Below, piece after piece: positions 60,328 to 64,000 of a DNA stretch of 64,000 nucleotides. Positions within the stretch are counted from its first letter, which is position 1. Each line of letters starts with the position of its first letter. The translations under genes were made by a program, and so were the position numbers. A model generated the notes under the pieces. The model was not told the origin of the DNA. It did not search any database and saw only the letters and a list, made by a program, of their open reading frames with translations. The stretch is from Macrostomum lignano (taxonomy: Eukaryota), in contig NIVC01000001.1 of NCBI GenBank assembly GCA_002269645.1, positions 1,302,001 to 1,366,000 on the forward strand, written 5' to 3'.

Positions 60328-61899
60328 AGTATAGATAAATACTCAGACAAATACTTAGACCTATAGGTTTATTAGGGCCTAGGAACTTTTCTCAGACTTA
60401 TTCTAGGGAAATAAATTCATAATAGAATAGGCCTAGCCTTGATGGCAACAATAAAACATTTAATATAGGCCCTAGAGAAGTCAAGCCCTATAACAACTTG
60501 GTGACATCTGTGGATGTGGAATCCTTCATAAAGAACATTGCCCCTTTCACACCTACACACCTATACTGAGTACTGATTAGGCCCTATAGCATTAGACCTA
60601 GCTAGGGCCTAGGGGGCCTAGTGTAATGAGGTCTGAATGAAATAATTTCATAGGAACATCTAAAATTAAAAAAGAATATGTTTATGACTAAAAGGCTGGC
60701 TTTGACCTAGTGACAAAAATGGTGGCATTTATGGCAAGCCAAAAGTAGGGCCTAATGCCATGGCAAATCGCAAATCCAATATCAACTAGGCCTAAGGGCA
60801 AGGTTAGGCCTAGGCCTATTGTAAATCTAAAAGGCACATCTTTTTAATGTAGGCCTACTTAAGCGTAAGGCCTAGGGGGCAAGGGACCTCATATTAATAC
60901 TAATAATAGATTTTAGTTTTATTTAATAAGTAAATTAGGCAGTCATGGAAGTGAAATTGCGTGAAAATGTTGAGATTTTCACGCAATTCACCGATTGATT
61001 GATATTCACCGAATTGTCGAAGATCGTGCCAAGATAAGTACTATCTAGCAAACTAGCATATCTACTCTAGCAGGTCTTAGCAAGACATAGCATAGGCATC
61101 ATATGACCATATCCATACTATTTGGTGTTTTCATTCATAGATGATAGATATTGATAATAAATAATAATAATAATATAATATAATTGCCGGTCAGATATAT
61201 ATTTTAAAAAATAGGCCTTTCATTCAATTCAAAATTGACTGCTTTGCACTGTGTCAGTAAAACTATGCTTATAACACTAGTTTATACAAAACAGAAAAGT
61301 TAATAAAGTTTTAGTTCTTGCTTTCATTTAATTAACACTTCCCATTTCTGGTTTAGTTTTTAGCAGTTCTAGTAAGCAGACTCGTGTTGCCAAGACTTGG
61401 TTGTATCCACGTGTAAATCCGTGTGTTCCCCAACATTCAGCCGTTTCCCCCCAATAGACAACAGGTAGAAATTGAAATAGTTACAGAGAATTTCTTTTTA
61501 CAGTTTTAAAAAACTCTACCAAAGGACGACTTAACAAGTTAAGTTTAGCTCGAAATTCAAACGATTTGCATTTGAGTAAACAGCTATACTGTTAGAAAGT
61601 CAAGCCCATCGCATCGAATGCACATGCATTATTTTCGTTACACCTAAAAAACGGCTATTATTGGGCAAAAAGGCCATTTACAGAGACTTGAATCCCAACT
61701 CGACTGCAAATATAATACAAGTTAATTATACATGTAAGCAAAAGCAAAATCAGCTCTGAAACTCAAAGTTAATTTTGATCGAATTACATGTACTACGCAA
61801 TTTATGCGTGTGGCAGTTTATCTCCCTTAAGATTTTTCCCGCCTGTTAAGTCATCCCCCATTTTAAAAAAATTTTCTCCGCTGCACCCCACCCCAAAGT

Positions 61900-62770
61900 C
61901 TCGTCCAGTCACAGCGCGGCTGACAGCTGACCGACGGGTGACGGGTGACGCCACAGCGAAAAGCGCCTGAGCGACGTGCTTGGCTACGCCGACGACCTCG
62001 CCCTCCTGTCCTCGTCCGTTGAAGGTGCCCAGCGCCAGATCGATAGGCTGGTCGAGATGGCATCGAGCGTCGGTCTGGTTGTCAATACACTACGCTGAAG
62101 ATCGAGGTGCTGACTGTGCCGGCCGAAATCCCAGCGGACCTGATGTACCGCGGCGCAGACTGGCAGACGACCAAGCTCGCACGCTGCCAGCTGGTTCAAC
62201 AACCCGGCGGTCTAGTGCCCCACGTGAAGAGGACCTCCGGCGGCGTAGAGGACTTGCCTGGATGGCTCTCATTCGATCCGAGCTAGCCGTCTTCCAGTCT
62301 AAAGCGCTGCCCGATCAACAGAGGGCTCGGCTGTGCCAGGCGGTGGTCGAAACCGTTCTGCTCTATAACGCCAAGACGTGGACGCTGACGGCTACGCTGG
62401 AGCGGCAGTTAGACTCGACGCACTCAGGGCCGCTCGAGCTGACGAAAGCGTCGGGACCGAGGCCCTGTACGATCGGGCCAAGCTGCAGCGCCCGTCCATC
62501 ATCCTGCGCCGGTGGCGACTTTAACTGGCGGGCCACGTGATCCGGGCCGAGAGCTACTGCCCCCCCCCAACCTGTTCAGGATGTCCTGCTACTCACCTTG
62601 CAGGGTCCATTCAGGCGGGGTCAGGCCCGAACCCATCGATACGTGGACTGCCTGCTGTGCGACGCAGGGGCACCCGACAAGGTGGACTTCGTCCGCTCTC
62701 AGGCTCAGCGGCGCGCCATCTGACGCGCCCTGCTCTGTGACCCTTGCACGCGGGGATGGGTATTTTGTTG
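61900..62770 (+). mobile_element. 5'-truncated, frameshifted non-LTR retrotransposon (RTE-like) reverse transcriptase 3' fragment
   Basis: LGYADDLALLSSSVEGAQRQIDRL (YADD at 61985-61996), AVVETVLLYNAKTWTLT and LAGHVIR; TTGTTGTTG tail near 62765. Confidence 0.85.
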
Positions 62771-63481
62771 TTGGTAGCGGAGGTCAAGGACAAGTCACGG
62801 CCTTCAATATCACGTATCGCGCTCACGTGATCGCGTGACGCGTGACAACAGAGCTATAAATAAGAGCTCTTTTGAGCCCTGAGCGGCTACCGTTTTCCGC
62901 GTTCCCTTCCCCGCCCGTTTCCTTACGGACCCTTCAGAGCTGCAACAACCGTTCGGAGCCCCTCCTCCCTTTTTTCGGCGCTGAGCTGTAACTTCCCTTG
63001 GCTTTGACCTCCTGACGTGTCTCGTCTGGACTGATCGTGACTGCAACCGCCGCCGTGACTATCCGACGACCACCGTGCCAAGCAGCCCTGCACGTCGGTC
63101 GCGTCTGTAAGGTATTTCTTTCTCTGTTGCGCTGGCCTTGGGTATAGTCAGCCCCGTCTCTCGCCGGCCCTTGATCATCATCTCCTTGTTTTTCAATCTT
63201 AACTTATTGATTCCGTTTTAATATTTAACCGAGAGGTTAAGGCCAGTTTTACGAGCGTAGGCCCAGTATTTCAGGGCATTAGCTATAATTCAACTCGTTT
63301 GTTTCTGTCTGTTAATTTACTTATTTAATATGAGACGTGACATGAAATGTGAGTAGTGAGTGCGCAGTGTCGCAGGGCATGGAATAGGATGTGCACCGCG
63401 TCCCCTTAGGATGTGCACCACGAGAGAGCCCTGGGATCTGCACTTCCCGATCCCCTGTGCTGCATCGAACCTGTCACGTTA
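62770..63481 (+). mobile_element. Probable 5' LTR of an LTR retrotransposon whose internal region runs off the window
   Basis: TATAAA at 62855-62860 and a PBS-like sequence directly downstream. Exact LTR ends and TSD not established. Confidence 0.45.
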
Positions 63482-63482
63482 T

Positions 63483-63499
63483 TGGCGTAGTGGCTAGGA
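63483..63499 (+). promoter_or_regulatory. Putative tRNA-Ser primer-binding site TGGCGTAGTGGCTAGGA
   Basis: Starts with TGG and resembles the complement of a eukaryotic tRNA-Ser 3' end (TGGCGTAGTCGGCAGGA). Confidence 0.5.
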
Positions 63500-64000
63500 C
63501 CCTTAAAAGGGCCGTTTAATGGGAATCGTCGTAAGTCGTTGTAGTCCCAAAATGAATCGAAGTCAATTCTTGTAAAGCGGATTGTGTAGCGGAGCACTTG
63601 GCGTATAAGGGCAGGAAACTGCCGTAGCTAATTTATTGTCGAGATCAATATTAGACTGGTTAACGTCAATACAAAACTTATAGTGTTCTGGGCACTGGCG
63701 GCTTCAACAATGGTTTTGAAAGTGATTAGAATATGAAGTCGAGTGGCAGGCGAAGGATACAATGGCGACGCAACGTAGTGGGTGATGTCGATGAGCACAG
63801 TGGAGGCAGTGAGTAGTAAGTAAACAGGCAGATAAGTAGCGGTGAGAGTGGCGTTAGCCGTGGCAGTACACAGTGGAGTACAGTGTGTAAACAGGCTGGC
63901 CCAGACAGAGGAGCCGTGGCGAGAGATAAGGAGGCTCGAGGCAGCCAGCAGAGAGAGAAGGAAAACGAGAGCCAGACGCCCGAAGCCAGAAGCCAGAAGT

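Overview
Eukaryotic (animal) genomic DNA. The GC-rich exons, minisatellite-filled introns, TTAGGG-type telomere motif and acceptor-AG-next-to-ATG gene starts suggest a free-living flatworm such as Macrostomum; this is an inference, not a verified identification. Five protein-coding genes can be reconstructed by hand from splice sites and frame continuity. On the + strand: the 3' part of a GIT ArfGAP (ankyrin, Spa2-homology, coiled-coil and paxillin-binding domains; 11049-25210), an ethanolamine kinase (27349-30733) and a Met-less RNF4-like RING ORF (34011-34610). On the - strand: an uncharacterised NPF/CaaX protein (50522-49278) and sphingolipid delta-4 desaturase DEGS1 (44779-39176). Bases 1-10987 are a head-to-tail array of non-autonomous Helitron-like elements, apparently inside a GIT intron. 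Nearly every intron and spacer carries its own tandem repeat. 51.8-61 kb is an AT-rich, almost CpG-free transposon graveyard holding a hypermutated mariner, a younger frameshifted mariner and a hAT-like element. The window ends with an RTE-type RT fragment and a probable LTR plus primer-binding site. The most notable leads are a RIP-like C-to-T/G-to-A mutation signature in the graveyard and a RING ORF that may take its start codon from a trans-spliced leader.
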